From the NCBI GenBank assembly GCA_008632985.1, contig QPGO01000263.1, positions 1 through 64,000 of the forward strand: a stretch of DNA of 64,000 nucleotides. Direction: 5' to 3'. The stretch is from Psammoneis japonica (Eukaryota). Below the pieces are notes generated by a model. The model did not search any database and was not told where the DNA came from. It was given only the letters and a program-made list of their open reading frames with translations. Below are positions 37,304-49,666 of the stretch, piece after piece (the stretch's first letter is position 1; each line of letters begins with the position of its first letter). A program made the translations under genes and the position numbers.

Positions 37304-39263
37304 TCAACACTTTCTTCCTTGCGAGCCACGATCGTCGAAGTCGGAAATGAAATCATCTTTGGTGCACTTTTGAACTTCGCGCGTCTCGATTGGGTACAAG
37401 GGCCGCGCCACACTTTGCTCGGCATTGTGGACGCTCGTGGGATAGCAAGTGCCATCAACGTGGGTAAACAAAATCCGTTTGATCTGATTCAATTGTTCAA
37501 TTGAAATAATCATGGGATCAAGCATGACCCACCAGTGTGTTCTCATACACGGAGGTTCCGTTATGCTTCCCCAATATCTGTAGAAGTAGATGTCTCTCAT
37601 GAACGCAAATGAGTAGGGATCGAAGTTGCCATTTTCTACCGGTTGTTCTTGTAGTTTTTGCCGCGCAAGTTCGAGCAGATCGGGATCGACCGGCGAAGGA
37701 GCCATAGACAAATCCCGTTCTGTCGTTCGTAACTGCCGCCCTTGACTTGCAATACACTCCATAGTATCGTTGTAGTACACTTTCAAAAATTCATCCAGCA
37801 CTGTTTGGAACTCTTGATTGTGTCCATTGGCCGTCGCTCGAACTGGAACACCGATCGAACCGACTCGCTCGGGTACCCCTGCGTGCATATGAAGCAGTTG
37901 TAGTTCGGCGTCAAATGCTTCCCCTTCAATGGTATGTTCTCCCGGTACTTTGATGTCAAAATTGAGCAAATCAGAATGTGGAGTCACGCGACTAGAGTAC
38001 TTGGGGAAATCGGCCATGGGTGGTCGATCTCTTCTGCACCTGGGATTTTCGTAATCGCCACACGGCCGGCGATTCATGACGATACTGAGCTTATGGGGCA
38101 AAATTTGCTTTTCAAATTTGTCACTAGCGATCCCGTACTTGCCGCACTGAATAGTACGCCAAAATAGTAAAAAGATATAATAGTTAAACCAGCCGTGAGC
38201 ATCAGAAGAGGGCGGAAAAGATGAGATGGAACACAGCAACACACTCATTCGCGGTATCGGTGCAAAAGCCACTTACATCACTCCGGATTTCGTGGCCTGC
38301 TTCGCATTCAATGTTTGCAGTTAAATTCTTTGGCGATTGACGTCGATCACTCCCGCCCGGAGTGATCGAACTCCCGCCACACTTATTCTCCGTCGGATCG
38401 TTCCTGAAATATCCCTCCCACGGTCCAAACCCATTTCGTCCAACTTCGCGCAATGGGTGACGACTCGTATCGACCCGATGCCATGCTTCAGGGCCATAAT
38501 CCTTATCATTCAGGTCGTAGTTGAAGTAGCCCCGACCGGGATTGAGGGGGACAGGATTTGGATCGACATATAATGGGCTTGAAGTTGGCGATGGGGTTGA
38601 GGATGGCACGCTACTAGGTTCAGTTGATGGACTAGTTGAAGGAACATCACTGGGTGCCGAACTAGGGACAGCTGACCGGCTTGGACTTGAAGAAGGAGCA
38701 GTTGACGGGGAAGGAGACACGGTCGGCGCAGTTGTTGACGGGGGCGTAAATTGAGGCGGTCCCAGTGTCAGAGGAGGCGGTCCAAGAGTCAGAGGAGGAG
38801 GCTTTCCAAGTGTCAGAGTATACTCTAATGAGAGCCAATCGACGAAGGGACCTCTACCTGCGGTTGCCAGCAGCTTCACGGTGTGACTGCCTTGGCTGAA
38901 AAACACAATCCTCGAATCTGTATTCCAGTTTGCCCAATCATTCGTCGCTGCCTCCGTAACAGTACCTGTTTTGGCATCGTCAATAACAAGATCCAAAGGA
39001 TGGGCATCCATGGAGGCATATCGAACGATCATGTCATAGGTTCCGGGTTGGGAAATGTCAACAGTCCACAACACGTAGCAGCCAACACTGTCCAAGTCTG
39101 CGTATCCTCGTCCTTCATATCCAGCGTGTGAATCCATTATCTCGCATTTTTGCATGGTGGCATCCTCCGCTTGGTACGTCTCTCTCAAACCTGACACCGC
39201 GGTTAGAGAGGTCAAGAGAATCAGAAGCAACATGGCGAGTCTGTTGCTGCACACAGGTGTCAT
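37304..39263 (-). CDS. Secreted CBM + alpha-carbonic anhydrase-like protein, copy B; intron 38147-38276
   Basis: Close paralog of 25143-27082 with the same domain order and intron position. Confidence 0.85.
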
Positions 39264-39669
39264 CGTTGCTACAGCCGCTTCCATCCCAATCTTGCGTTTT
39301 ATCTTCAAACAAAGTAGAGAGTTAAAGAGCCTCTACTCTACTCTAGCTACTACTAGAGACCTTATCTATTGAGAGAGGAGAGGTAGGGCCCTCTCTCTAG
39401 AGACTAGCCTACCGTACTGAGGAGAACTGAGCATGGACGTTTCCCGCATTTTTTCGATCCAATAATTGGTGTCGCACACTCGAGTCGTGATTTCTCACAG
39501 AAAAGTAGTATCGTTGAAACAGACCACAACGGATTGATGAGCAATTGATAGCATATTTAATCTTTAATCATGGCGAATACTTATTTTTGTCGGACCTTCT
39601 TGGTTCGCGCCAAACGACTCACTCCGTGCTTCCACTTTTTCAAAGTCCCATGAATATTGGATGGATTGA

Positions 39670-40015
39670 AACGAGTAAAAACGACACAAACAAAACAACA
39701 TCTTCTTGAAGTGAAACAAGACTGCATCTACTGGAAGGCGGAATTTTTTCTTGTACATGAGGAAAGCAAGAATAAAGCCAAAGATTTCGAACCGTGAGAA
39801 TCTAGTGGACGACTTCGGCGATGTCCCGAGCAACCGAAAGAAAAATCAACCAACAGTGGGTTACGTCCCTACGTTCTCCCAATCGAGCCAAAAATGTTGA
39901 ATTCTATCCCAAGGATGATACCAACCAAACCACAATTTCATCGAATTCCCCACACGCATTTTCCTCAAGACCGATTAGTAACAGCATTATCGAGAATCCG
40001 CGTCACTATGCAAGC
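39670..40015 (+). pseudogene. Older decayed BCD1 3' fragment
   Basis: acgacacaaacaaaac..caagactgcatctactggaaggcggaattt and cccaaggatgataccaaccaaa..gaattccccac match 24643-25000. Confidence 0.7.
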
Positions 40016-40037
40016 TTTAAAATACAATAATGATCAT

Positions 40038-40775
40038 CTAATCCTCTTTCTTCTCGACCAGGGGATCATTGAATTCGTTTGGAAGCTTCATGTGCGCTAC
40101 CGTCAGCTTTGATACCGTTTTAAAGTTGGGATGGTCCGCGCCTGTTGAATTGCAATCGAGAGAGGAAAAACAATCATATTAGTGCCAAGAAGTGAGAAAT
40201 GTGAAAGGGCCTTGCACAAACATGCATTCGAGTTACTTACTTTGCATCAGCATAAAAGCCGCGGACTGTGCGGTAGTCAGAAAGGCTCCACTGTCTGCCA
40301 AACGTCGCAAGGCAATCTCGCGGTCAAAGGGTTGTTGACTGCTGACGCCGTCGACAATAATGTGCACGTCGTGACCCTGCTCCAACAAATCAAGAGCCGT
40401 TTGCTGCACACACACGTGCGCTTCAATTCCAAACAAAATGTACGAGGTGCGCTTCTTCTCCTGCAAATGTTGCGATACCTCGGGTGTCAACATGCTAAAG
40501 AGTTTCTTTTCAAAAATCGGAACCTTGTCCATTAACTCTTGCGATGTAAAACAATCCTTAATGGTTGGCCCAAACACCTTTGTGTACTGCTGTGTCGCGA
40601 CAACTGGTATATCCAGGGCATCTGCCACGCCAGTGAGATACTTGGCTGTGTTGATCACGGTTTCTCCTCGGTAAATGAGGGGGCGGAAACGCTCCTGAAT
40701 GTCGCACAAGAGCATGGCTGTGTTGGCCGGTACCAGCTTTCCGACGTTTCTAGCTGTTGCGGATAACGATGTCAT
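40038..40775 (-). CDS. Isochorismatase-family protein (ISOC-like); intron 40142-40240
   Basis: LLCDIQERFRP, KKLFSM, GIEAHVCVQQTALDL. The splice gives ..MQS|ADHPNFK..EKKED*. Confidence 0.9.
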
Positions 40776-41518
40776 TTTCGTAAATCTTTGTCTGAAGAAA
40801 TTATCAACACCAGAAGAACAACACGGACAGGGACCCGCAGGAGCAACGAGAAAAGAAACGAGGAAAAATTTTTAAAAGTGAGATTGACCAATACAGATTG
40901 TAGGATAGATTTTATCTTCGTAAAATAAAAAGTAATTTTGTGTTCAATGCAGGCATCTTGAACAATGTGGTAGCCGAGAGATTTTGGGCCTACATCCGTC
41001 GGTTTATCACCCGAACTCCGCTCACCTGCTACTTGCGCGGCAGTGCCTTATAAACGCTGAAACATGGGATGAAAGCAAAAGCACCCACAGGATGACGACA
41101 GCTGTCCCTACTCTCATGTTCGTACCTCCTTTTTCTTAATCCGATTGGTATGCCTGGTTCAGCTGCTTCCACTTTCCTCTATCATCGATCATCGAATCAT
41201 TGCGGTCTGAGGTCGTCGAAATAAAACGACGCCGTTGTCGGAGGGCGGTCGGGCCGGTCGGAGGGAAGAAGTGACGTCATTCAGGTAGAGACGGATAGAC
41301 GCTTCGAATCATTCGACTACTCTGACTCATTGCAACCGATCATTTTTCTTTGCGACAACAACCACAAACTAACAACATGACACATCAACCTGCAGAGCAA
41401 ACTCACTCATCCACATCACTAATCGAACGATTGACTCACTAGCTGCCTTGATCGTATTCGTCGCTTACCGTGGAAACAAAGTTTGAAAGAAAGGATTGAG
41501 AAAACCAAAACGACAAGA

Positions 41519-42628
41519 ATGAGCAGAGGTATGATGCTACGGGCTTGGCAGCTCGCGCTTGTAGCGATAGGACTTTTGTCATTGCCTGTAAACGCAGTCA
41601 ACAGTCGCGGTACTCACAAGAGTGGTTGGCTAGTAAAGAGGCCTGGTTATTTGAATTATGCATTAAAGAGTTTGTTTCGCGGAGGAGCTGGGCAAGACGG
41701 GGGAGAAGAAAAAGCTCAAGAAATTGTTCCAACGCCTCTCGAGACGACCAGCAAAGAAAATAGCAACAAGAGGACAATGTACAATGTTTCAGTATGTTCC
41801 AAACAGGGTGATCGGATATACATGGAAGATGAATACTTTTGCAGTCGCGGCGGTGATTTCTGTGCGGTATTTGACGGGCATGGCGGCAAGGCCGTGAGTC
41901 GCTATCTGCGTCAAAATCTTTATGCCAACCTAATCGCGGCGCTTCCTGCCGGAGTCAACCGTCGAGATGACGACCCACAATCCGACATGCCTACTGTATT
42001 AGATTTCTCCAATGCATTGGCTCAAAGCATTGAAAAGGTAGATCAAGAGGTACAGCGCATTAGTCACTGGAGTTATCAGGGGAGCACCGCCGTCTGCGTT
42101 TGGCTTCACGAGGACAGGAGGAGTGGTTCTTCGGCCAAAACGATTCTGGCTGCAAATGTCGGTGACAGTCGTGCGGTTCTTAGTCGTGCTGGTGTGGCGA
42201 TTGATTTGACACGCGATCATAAACCAAATGACCCAATAGAAAAGGCACGAATTGAGGCTAGGGGTGGGGAGGTTGTCAATGCAGGTGGCGTCTATCGAAT
42301 CAACGGGAACCTGGCGCTGTCTCGTGCCATTGGAGACCGATCAGAACGACCCTCTGTGAGTGGTGAACCAGAGATTCGATCCGAGTTGCTTGATGAAACA
42401 TGCGACGGGTTCATCATTCTTGGTTCGGATGGTCTGTGGGACGTCATGGGTTCCCAAGAAGCAGTGTCGTTTGTACACGCAAAGCTTGAAGAAACGCGGA
42501 ATTTGTCTGGCGAAGCCTCTGTGGATGAATCAAGAATTGCAACGTTGGTTACTGATGAAGCGCTACGTCGCGGTTCCGTCGACAATGTGACCGTTGTCAT
42601 TATATGGCTAAACATCAATGGCGAATGA
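41519..42628 (+). CDS. PP2C-family Ser/Thr phosphatase with an N-terminal signal-like peptide
   Basis: GDRIYMED, VFDGHGG, GSTA, ANVGDSRAVL, DHKP, LALSRAIGD, GSDGLWD, DNVTV. Confidence 0.93.
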   Translation: MSRGMMLRAWQLALVAIGLLSLPVNAVNSRGTHKSGWLVKRPGYLNYALKSLFRGGAGQDGGEEKAQEIVPTPLETTSKENSNKRTMYNVSVCSKQGDRIYMEDEYFCSRGGDFCAVFDGHGGKAVSRYLRQNLYANLIAALPAGVNRRDDDPQSDMPTVLDFSNALAQSIEKVDQEVQRISHWSYQGSTAVCVWLHEDRRSGSSAKTILAANVGDSRAVLSRAGVAIDLTRDHKPNDPIEKARIEARGGEVVNAGGVYRINGNLALSRAIGDRSERPSVSGEPEIRSELLDETCDGFIILGSDGLWDVMGSQEAVSFVHAKLEETRNLSGEASVDESRIATLVTDEALRRGSVDNVTVVIIWLNINGE

Positions 42629-42990
42629 AGCTGTTGTGACAGGCTTACAAAAAGATCGTTTTTCTCGTTTGAATGTATGAAAGTTCAAACGCTGCTGTGC
42701 GCAAGTGGCTATCCTGTAATGCCATTTGGCCAGCCTGACGGAAACGGCATTCTCGGTTACGCTACTCCCTCATTCGGCTTGCGAGTCATGGTGCAGCAAG
42801 GGATCCTACTGGTTATTTGAAAGTTAGCACGGAGAAATGACTACCATAATATGGCTCCCACGGCGTTTTCGGTACTCTTCTCCAGCAAGAGAGTAATAGA
42901 GGATGCTTATTAAATAATGTAAACTCTCTACTAGCGATAAAGTATGTCCTATGAATAGCTGTTTGATGGAATGAGAGGTCCCCCGAGCAT

Positions 42991-44127
42991 TCACGTTGCT
43001 GTAGGTTCTGTGCTGTGCTGCTTCTTGTGAGAAGCCCCATACATCATTCCTAATCTTCCTATGTTGTCAACGCTTCGCTTTCGTTCGTTGGGAAAGCGGG
43101 CCTCCTGCGCTTCGGCAGCATTCCGTAGCAAACATTCTGCCGCTACATAGGTTTGCCTTAGCTCCGGAGCCTTCTCGCGCAAACATTGGCTAGTCTTTTC
43201 CCGAGGCTTCTGTCCTAGAACTTCTCTCCAAACACCACCCCTTTGTTCCAGAAACCTCCCCCCATTGCTATACACCATATTTACAATATGTTGCGCAATA
43301 ATGGCTTTCTGATTCTTTGCGGAAGTGAGATACGCCCGTTGATGCTGACGAATCAGTTGCCTGTATTTGACGTTGCCCACGTGAGCATTGCTTACGCCAC
43401 CTCGACCAAGCAGCACATCAGCATCTGTAGGAGTAATTTCTACAGCTGAAGTTTCCTTTCTCGTCTTTAAACTTGTCTCGGATGCTTGTGCATTGAAAAC
43501 TACAGTTTCGGGAAGCTTGGAAATCTGATGTTTCGTATACAACCACTGTGCTTCCTCCAACGAAGAATTGCTTTTCTCTCGAAGCGCTTGGCATGTCTTT
43601 TCCCTTGCTTTGTCACCAATATCCCTCCACCGGAACAATCCTGTGCGCGCGTCACGGTGCAAATCGACCTTCTTCAGGAACCTTCCACCGCTGCTTCTTA
43701 TACTTTTAACAATCCCATCCGCTATTTCAGCTTTCACAAGCGCTTTGGCAGATACATAAGTTGGTTGGCAGTGTGACACAAGGGTTCGGAAATGAACATT
43801 ACCGGGGTGAGCATTCGTGCCGGCACCTCGTCCGCACAACACGTCTTGGTCCGTTATTGTTGTGATGTAGTCAATGTTTGCCTCGTCGTCTGCGGGAAAG
43901 TCTAAGGATGCAACTTCCAAAAGAGGATCATCATTCGTTTGAGGACTACGAAGTGGCGAAAGAATGGGGGAACATGACGAGGTTGGCGAAATCAATTGTC
44001 GTGGTTGCTCTCTCGTTCCACCAAGAAGCGGCTGAATCCCACTTGCATCATTCTGATTTCGTTTCGTTTCTCCTTGATCGATTTCGTTTTTTTCTCCACT
44101 CGTCTTCTCAATGTTAGTATGTCCCAT
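42991..44127 (-). CDS. Protein with two DUF6824-type domains
   Basis: Two copies of DVL(C/L)GRG...HxGN..(F/Y)R...GGRFL...REKT.Q.LRE. Confidence 0.85.
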   Translation of the reverse strand: MGHTNIEKTSGEKNEIDQGETKRNQNDASGIQPLLGGTREQPRQLISPTSSCSPILSPLRSPQTNDDPLLEVASLDFPADDEANIDYITTITDQDVLCGRGAGTNAHPGNVHFRTLVSHCQPTYVSAKALVKAEIADGIVKSIRSSGGRFLKKVDLHRDARTGLFRWRDIGDKAREKTCQALREKSNSSLEEAQWLYTKHQISKLPETVVFNAQASETSLKTRKETSAVEITPTDADVLLGRGGVSNAHVGNVKYRQLIRQHQRAYLTSAKNQKAIIAQHIVNMVYSNGGRFLEQRGGVWREVLGQKPREKTSQCLREKAPELRQTYVAAECLLRNAAEAQEARFPNERKRSVDNIGRLGMMYGASHKKQHSTEPTAT

Positions 44128-44503
44128 TTCTCTAATCTAGCATAATGTATTGGTTGTGATGACGCGTCTTTTAGTTCTCAACGATAGTTTGTCACCATTT
44201 TCCATCGGCGTTCTGTTTTTGTGATGTGAGCTTCTCATTCAAGTCAAATCGTGTTCGGGTTCAAAAATCCATTTATTCATGCTTGAAGGTTTTTCATAAA
44301 ACACGTCAGACGTCGTGTCATGTCGATCGCGTGCGCGGTCCGCTCGGTCGTGCGCGCGCGCGCTCTGTGCGTGTTGCGGAGGCACGCGACATGTTGGATG
44401 TTGACATGTTGTTGCGGTTGTTGTTTGTTGCGCGTTGTTTGTGTTCACGAAGTGTTGTTTTCGAGATTCGCCTTCTGAGGTCGTTATTATAGTTCTTCAA
44501 TCT

Positions 44504-45211
44504 ATGGTTGAAGCGATGGATGAAGGAAACGCTACGGCGAATACTATGCTGGAGGTGGAGACGCTCCGCGAAAGACTTCTGACACAAGTCGGTGGAGGTG
44601 GCGGTGGACCGCGCGGCTCTCTCTCCAAGTGTGCCACCAAGTACCGCGATTACTTGAATGAGGCTCAATCCGCAGATTCTACGGCGACAGAACAAGTTGA
44701 ATCCTCAAAGCATGAATTGGAAAGAGAAGTTTTGCTCTATCAAATAGAAATGCGAAAGGTAGCACTCATGGCTCGAGCCGCGCAATTGGAAAGCGATGCT
44801 TGCGATCGACAGCAACTAGAGCTGAACGAGAGTGTGCAAGAATGCCAAAACAATATATCAGAGCTTCAGAAGATTTGGGCGAACGAAAAAGAAAAAAGAA
44901 GAAATCGCGAGGAGTACGAAGCATTAGCGAAACTTGCAAACAACCGGCCTCCACGAAGAGTGTTGCAAGAGAAACTCACCGCTGTTCAGAAAGACATGAG
45001 CGAACTTGAAAAACAAGAGGAAGCAAACAAGTCGGAAATTGCAGCTCGCGAAAAGCAATACCAGCTGTTATTGCAGTGCATTCTTGACCTCAAAAGCAGC
45101 CTGAACAAACAAACTGAAGATCTGAATGACGGTTTAGGAAAAGAGCCAGAGGGCGATGCGGATAGCGAAACGGAAGAGGGCGGGATTTTAGAAATGGACA
45201 CCGCCCCTTAG
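44504..45211 (+). CDS. THOC7: THO complex subunit 7-like coiled-coil protein
   Basis: LRERLL near the N-terminus, coiled coil, EKRRNREEYEALAK...PPR, and REKQYQLLL..I.DL. Confidence 0.7.
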   Translation: MVEAMDEGNATANTMLEVETLRERLLTQVGGGGGGPRGSLSKCATKYRDYLNEAQSADSTATEQVESSKHELEREVLLYQIEMRKVALMARAAQLESDACDRQQLELNESVQECQNNISELQKIWANEKEKRRNREEYEALAKLANNRPPRRVLQEKLTAVQKDMSELEKQEEANKSEIAAREKQYQLLLQCILDLKSSLNKQTEDLNDGLGKEPEGDADSETEEGGILEMDTAP

Positions 45212-45970
45212 ATGCTTCCTCCAATAATGATTGAATCTTACCGGTAGAATTGTGTGTCAGATACGTTTTACGGAGTGTACCGAAATCTTTTGTAGACGAT
45301 TTGGAACTCTCTAGAGTGGAAAGCCTCCGCACTGTGGTAACTTCAATCAATGTAGAAGGAGAAGGCCGGTTGTAAAGTAGCATTTTCCAGTTCTTTCTCG
45401 TTGAAAATCTGAATAAGTATCACAAAATGTGCAATCAAAGAGTATATTCCGACATCTCAACCTGAATTTTTACATGAGTTCTAGAGCGAAACAGTCGTAC
45501 TCATTTATTGTTATGCATCTCTACCGTGGATTACACCAGATCGAAAGGAAAAACTTCAAACTTAACCGTAAGGGTATCAACACCAAAAAGTCAGTCTCCT
45601 GCAATCACATTACCTTGTTTCCTTTTCGTGCTCAGTCACTCGAGAAATATTAATCTTCTCGTCGCACGAAGAAACAGCAGTTCAGAACAAGACAGGTATA
45701 GAACGGTTGTACTCTACAGGAATCGGATTTATGAAAGGCATATAGAAGTAAGCACAAGTTACAGTAGCATGCTCGTAAGAGTCTCCATTGACAGGGAATC
45801 ACTCTCCCACGAGTATTAATCTAAGGTAGTTTCCTTTGGCGACTCTTCTTGAGAATAAGATCTTCACGTCCCACAAACAACGGACATAAAGGTACAGGAC
45901 AGTGCATGGCTTGCAACAAAATTGCTGCAACTAGCCCCAGAGCTATGTGTTGAGGCTTTGTAGGGCTTCT

Positions 45971-48900
45971 CTAGTAGGAGTCAATAGAGTTGCTCCTTCC
46001 ACCCTTGCCCTTGCTTGGCGGCGGGGACGGAGGAGTTGGGTCAGTACTACTACCACTGCTGCTGCTGCTTCTTGAACTAGACGATCCCTTGCTCCTACTG
46101 CTACTTTCAAAGGAGCCTCCCTCGCTCTTGCTGCTAGAACCCGAAGAGCCACTGCTGCTACTACTGCTTGATGGCTTCGGGGGTGATGGAGTGGAAGGAA
46201 TAATTGGATCAGTGCTGCTGCTGCCTGAACTAGGCGATCCCTTGCTCCTGCCGCTGTTCAAGCCAGAGGAACCACCCTTGCTCTTGCTGGTAGAACCTGA
46301 CAAGCCGCTGTTGCTACTACTGCTTGATGGCCTCGGGGGTGATGGCGGGGAAGGAGGAGTTGGACCAGTGCTGCCGCTGCTTGAACTAGACGATCCCTTG
46401 CTCCTGCGGCTGCTCGAGCCAGAGGAACCGCCCTTGCTCTTGCTGGTAGAACCCGACAAGCTGCTGCTGCTGCTGCTACGGCTTGGTGGTATTGGGGGTG
46501 AGGGCAGGGAAGGAGGAATTGGATCAGATCCGCTGCTGCTTGAACTCGACGATCCCTTACTCTTACTGCTGCTCCCAGAGGAGCCTCCCTTGCTCTTGCT
46601 GCTGCTTGAGCCAGAGGAACCACCCTTGCTCTTGCTGCTAGAACCTGAAGAGCTGCCGCCGCTGCTGCTGCTACTGCTTGGTGGGATTGGGAATGATGGC
46701 GGGAAAGGAAGAGCTGGATCAGTGCTGCTACTGCTGCTGCTTGAACTAGATGACCCCTTGCTCTTACTGCTGCTTCCAGAGGATCCAGAGGAGCCTCCCT
46801 TGCTCTTGCTACTGCGCGAGCCAGAGAAACCACCCTTGCTTCCAGAGGAGCCCCCCTTGCTCTTGCTGCTGCTTGAGCCGGAGGAGCCGCCCTTGCTCTT
46901 GCTGCTAGAACCTGAAGAGGTGTTGCTGCTGCTACTACTGCTTGGTGGGATGGGGAATGATGGCGGGAAAGGAAGAGCTGGATCAGTGCTGCTGCTGCTG
47001 CTGCTTGAACTGGATGACCCCTTACTCTTACTGCTGTTCCCAGAGGAGCCTCCCTTGCTCTTGCTGCTGCGCGAGCCAGAGGAACCACCCTTGCTTCCAG
47101 AGGAGCCCCCCTTGCTCTTACTGCTAGAGGAACCACCCTTGCTCTTGCTGCTAGAACCTGAAGAGCTGCTGCTGCTTTTACTGCTTGGTTGGATGGGGAA
47201 TGATGGCGGGAAAGGAATACCTGGATCAGTACCGCTGCTACTGCTGCTGCTGCTACTTGAACTAGATGACCCCTTGCTCTTACTGCTGCTCCCAGAGGAG
47301 CTAGAGGAGCCTCCCTTGCTCTTGCTGCTGCGCGAACCAGAGGAACCACCCTTGCTTTTGCTGCTGGAACCTGAAGAGCTGCTACTGCTACTGCGTGGTG
47401 GGACGGGGGATGATGGCGGGAAAGGAAGAGCTGGGTCAGGGCTGCTACTGCTTGAACTAGACGATCCTTTGCTCTTGCTGCTGCTTCCAGACGAGCCTCC
47501 CTTGCTCTTGCTGCTTCTCGAGCTAGAGGAACCACCTTTGCTGCTACTACTCCTTGATCTCAACGAGCTGCTGCTGCTGCTGCTTGAGCTACTCGAACTG
47601 GGCGCTGCCGGCATCGGGGGTGGCGGCGGGCCATCACTGCTGCTGCTGCTGCTGCTGCTTGAGCTACTCGAACTGGGCAGTGCCGGTGTTGGAGGAGTTG
47701 GCACAGGCGGGTACACAGTACCCGGAGGACTGTCGCTGCTGCTGCTGCTGCTGCTGCTTGGAGGTGACAGTGCCGGAGGAGAGCCGTCGCTGCTACTCCT
47801 GCTGCTACTGCTACTTGAGCTACTTGCACTGGGCACTGCCGGCATCGGGGGTGGGGGTGGCGGTTTGCCATCGCTGCTCCTGCTTGAGCTACTCGAGCTG
47901 GGTAGTACCGGTGTAGGAGGAGGTGGTGCAGGCGGATACACAGTACCTGTGGACGATGACGAACTGGACGAAGACGAGCTGCTTCCTGAACCGCCTTTGC
48001 CACCAGCTTTACCCTTGCTTCTTGAGCCTCCTTTGCTTCCAGCACCGCCTTTGCTACCAGATGCTGATGAGTATCCCTTGCTGCCAGATCCTCCTTTGCT
48101 AGCAGAACTACTAGAACCCCCTTTTCCACTCTGTCCACCCTTATTCTTTCCTTTGCCAGAGCTTGAACGACCTTTACCCTTCCCGTGCTCAAAATTGTCA
48201 CTAGAAGACCTACTATGGCCTTTTCCTTTCCCACCTTTACCTTTTCCCTTGCTGCTGCTGGACGATGTACCCTTGCCCTTGGGAGGTGGATGCGTTGGAG
48301 TCGGTGGTGTTGGCATGGGTGGTGTTGGCGTTGGGGGTGGCAAAACGGTCGGGCATGGCGTGGGAGGCTTTGTTGGCGGCGGCACTGGCGGTAAAATCGG
48401 CTGAAACGGAATTGTTGGAGTTGGCGTTGGCGGTGTTGTTGGTTCTGGCGTTGGTGGCGGCAAAACTGGCTCGAACGGAGTCAACGTTGGCTGCGTTGTT
48501 GGTGGAGTTGTCGGTGCTGGCGTTGGCGGAGGCAAAACTGGCTCAAATGGAATCGGCGTTGGTTCTGGCGTTGGTGGAGGAGGAGTTGGTTCTGGCGTTG
48601 GGGGAGGAACAATTTTTTCTGGTGCTGACGGTGCGGGTGTCGGGGCAGGCGTTGGAGTAGGAGTAGGCTGTGCAGTTGGGCCAAACGTGACAACTTGTTC
48701 CGGCGCTGACGGTGCGGGTGTCGGAGGCGGTGTCGGGACAGGCGTCGGAGGAGGAGAAGGCTGCTTAGTAGGGTTCAACGTGACAACGGCGTCCGGTGCT
48801 GACGGTGCGGGTGTCGGAGGCGGCGTCGGGGCAGGCGTCGGAGGAGGATTGGGCTGCACAGTAGGGCTCAATGTGACAACTTGTTCCGGTGCTGACGGTG

Positions 48901-49636
48901 CGGGTGTCGGAGGCGGCGTCGGGGTAGGCGTCGGAGGAGGAGAAGGCTGCTTAGTAGGGCTCAACGTGACAACGGCGTCCGGTGCTGACGGTGCGGGTGT
49001 CGGGGGCGGTGTCGGGGCAGGCGTCGGAGGACGAGTAGGCTGCACAGTCGGGCCAAACGTGACAACGGAATCCGGTGCTGACGGTGCGGGTGTCGGAGGC
49101 GGTGTCGGGGTAGGCGTTGGAGGAGGAGTAGGCTGCGTAGTGGGGCTCAAAGTGATAACGGGAGCCGGTGCCGTTGGTTCTGGCGTTGGGGCAGGCGTCG
49201 GAGGAGGAGTAGGCTGCGTAGTGGGGCTCAACGTGACAACGAGAGCTGGAGCTGACGGTGCGGGTGTTGGCGGCGGTGTCGGTGCAGGTGTTGGCTCTGG
49301 GGTCGGTGGTGGAGTCGGTGACGGGGATGGCTCTAGTGTTGGCTCGGGCGTTGGTTCCAAGGTAGTCACTAGTTCGTTACTAGGTGCTGGAGTTGGAGCA
49401 GGGCTGGGAAACCTCCAAATGAGTTCCGACGATTTCGTAGGCGCACATGTAGCCTCGCCTTCCAGCTCTCGAATCGTTCCTCTTAGGTTCGTTTTGCTTG
49501 CCAAAGCTCTGTGGATTGACTTCAAGAACGAATTGATCCTTCCTTTGACTTCGACTCCTGTCGGAAGAAGATTTCCATTTGTAGCAACAGAGGAACCACA
49601 AACGAGGACGTACACAAGCGTGACTCCTACCTTCAT
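45971..49636 (-). CDS. Secreted Pro/Thr-rich and Ser/Lys/Gly-rich low-complexity protein (silaffin-like cell-wall candidate)
   Basis: Signal peptide [24 protein letters not shown] motifs; PTPAPT repeats; KGKGKGGK; many [10 protein letters not shown] and DPALPFPPS modules. Confidence 0.75.
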   Translation of the reverse strand: MKVGVTLVYVLVCGSSVATNGNLLPTGVEVKGRINSFLKSIHRALASKTNLRGTIRELEGEATCAPTKSSELIWRFPSPAPTPAPSNELVTTLEPTPEPTLEPSPSPTPPPTPEPTPAPTPPPTPAPSAPALVVTLSPTTQPTPPPTPAPTPEPTAPAPVITLSPTTQPTPPPTPTPTPPPTPAPSAPDSVVTFGPTVQPTRPPTPAPTPPPTPAPSAPDAVVTLSPTKQPSPPPTPTPTPPPTPAPSAPEQVVTLSPTVQPNPPPTPAPTPPPTPAPSAPDAVVTLNPTKQPSPPPTPVPTPPPTPAPSAPEQVVTFGPTAQPTPTPTPAPTPAPSAPEKIVPPPTPEPTPPPPTPEPTPIPFEPVLPPPTPAPTTPPTTQPTLTPFEPVLPPPTPEPTTPPTPTPTIPFQPILPPVPPPTKPPTPCPTVLPPPTPTPPMPTPPTPTHPPPKGKGTSSSSSKGKGKGGKGKGHSRSSSDNFEHGKGKGRSSSGKGKNKGGQSGKGGSSSSASKGGSGSKGYSSASGSKGGAGSKGGSRSKGKAGGKGGSGSSSSSSSSSSSTGTVYPPAPPPPTPVLPSSSSSSRSSDGKPPPPPPMPAVPSASSSSSSSSRSSSDGSPPALSPPSSSSSSSSDSPPGTVYPPVPTPPTPALPSSSSSSSSSSSSSDGPPPPPMPAAPSSSSSSSSSSSSLRSRSSSSKGGSSSSRSSKSKGGSSGSSSKSKGSSSSSSSSPDPALPFPPSSPVPPRSSSSSSSGSSSKSKGGSSGSRSSKSKGGSSSSSGSSSKSKGSSSSSSSSSSSSGTDPGIPFPPSFPIQPSSKSSSSSSGSSSKSKGGSSSSKSKGGSSGSKGGSSGSRSSKSKGGSSGNSSKSKGSSSSSSSSSSTDPALPFPPSFPIPPSSSSSSNTSSGSSSKSKGGSSGSSSSKSKGGSSGSKGGFSGSRSSKSKGGSSGSSGSSSKSKGSSSSSSSSSSTDPALPFPPSFPIPPSSSSSSGGSSSGSSSKSKGGSSGSSSSKSKGGSSGSSSKSKGSSSSSSSGSDPIPPSLPSPPIPPSRSSSSSSLSGSTSKSKGGSSGSSSRRSKGSSSSSSGSTGPTPPSPPSPPRPSSSSSNSGLSGSTSKSKGGSSGLNSGRSKGSPSSGSSSTDPIIPSTPSPPKPSSSSSSSGSSGSSSKSEGGSFESSSRSKGSSSSRSSSSSGSSTDPTPPSPPPSKGKGGRSNSIDSY

Positions 49637-49644
49637 GTTGTATT

Positions 49645-49666
49645 TTCTCTCTCTCTCTCTCTCTCT
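49645..49666. repeat. (TC)n microsatellite just upstream of the start codon
   Basis: About ten tc units. Confidence 0.8.

Noticed and set aside
9943..49636. Silicification gene cluster (SIT, CA-like, silaffin-like)
   Set aside because: The genes are tens of kb apart and interleaved with housekeeping genes and TEs; there is no evidence of co-regulation.
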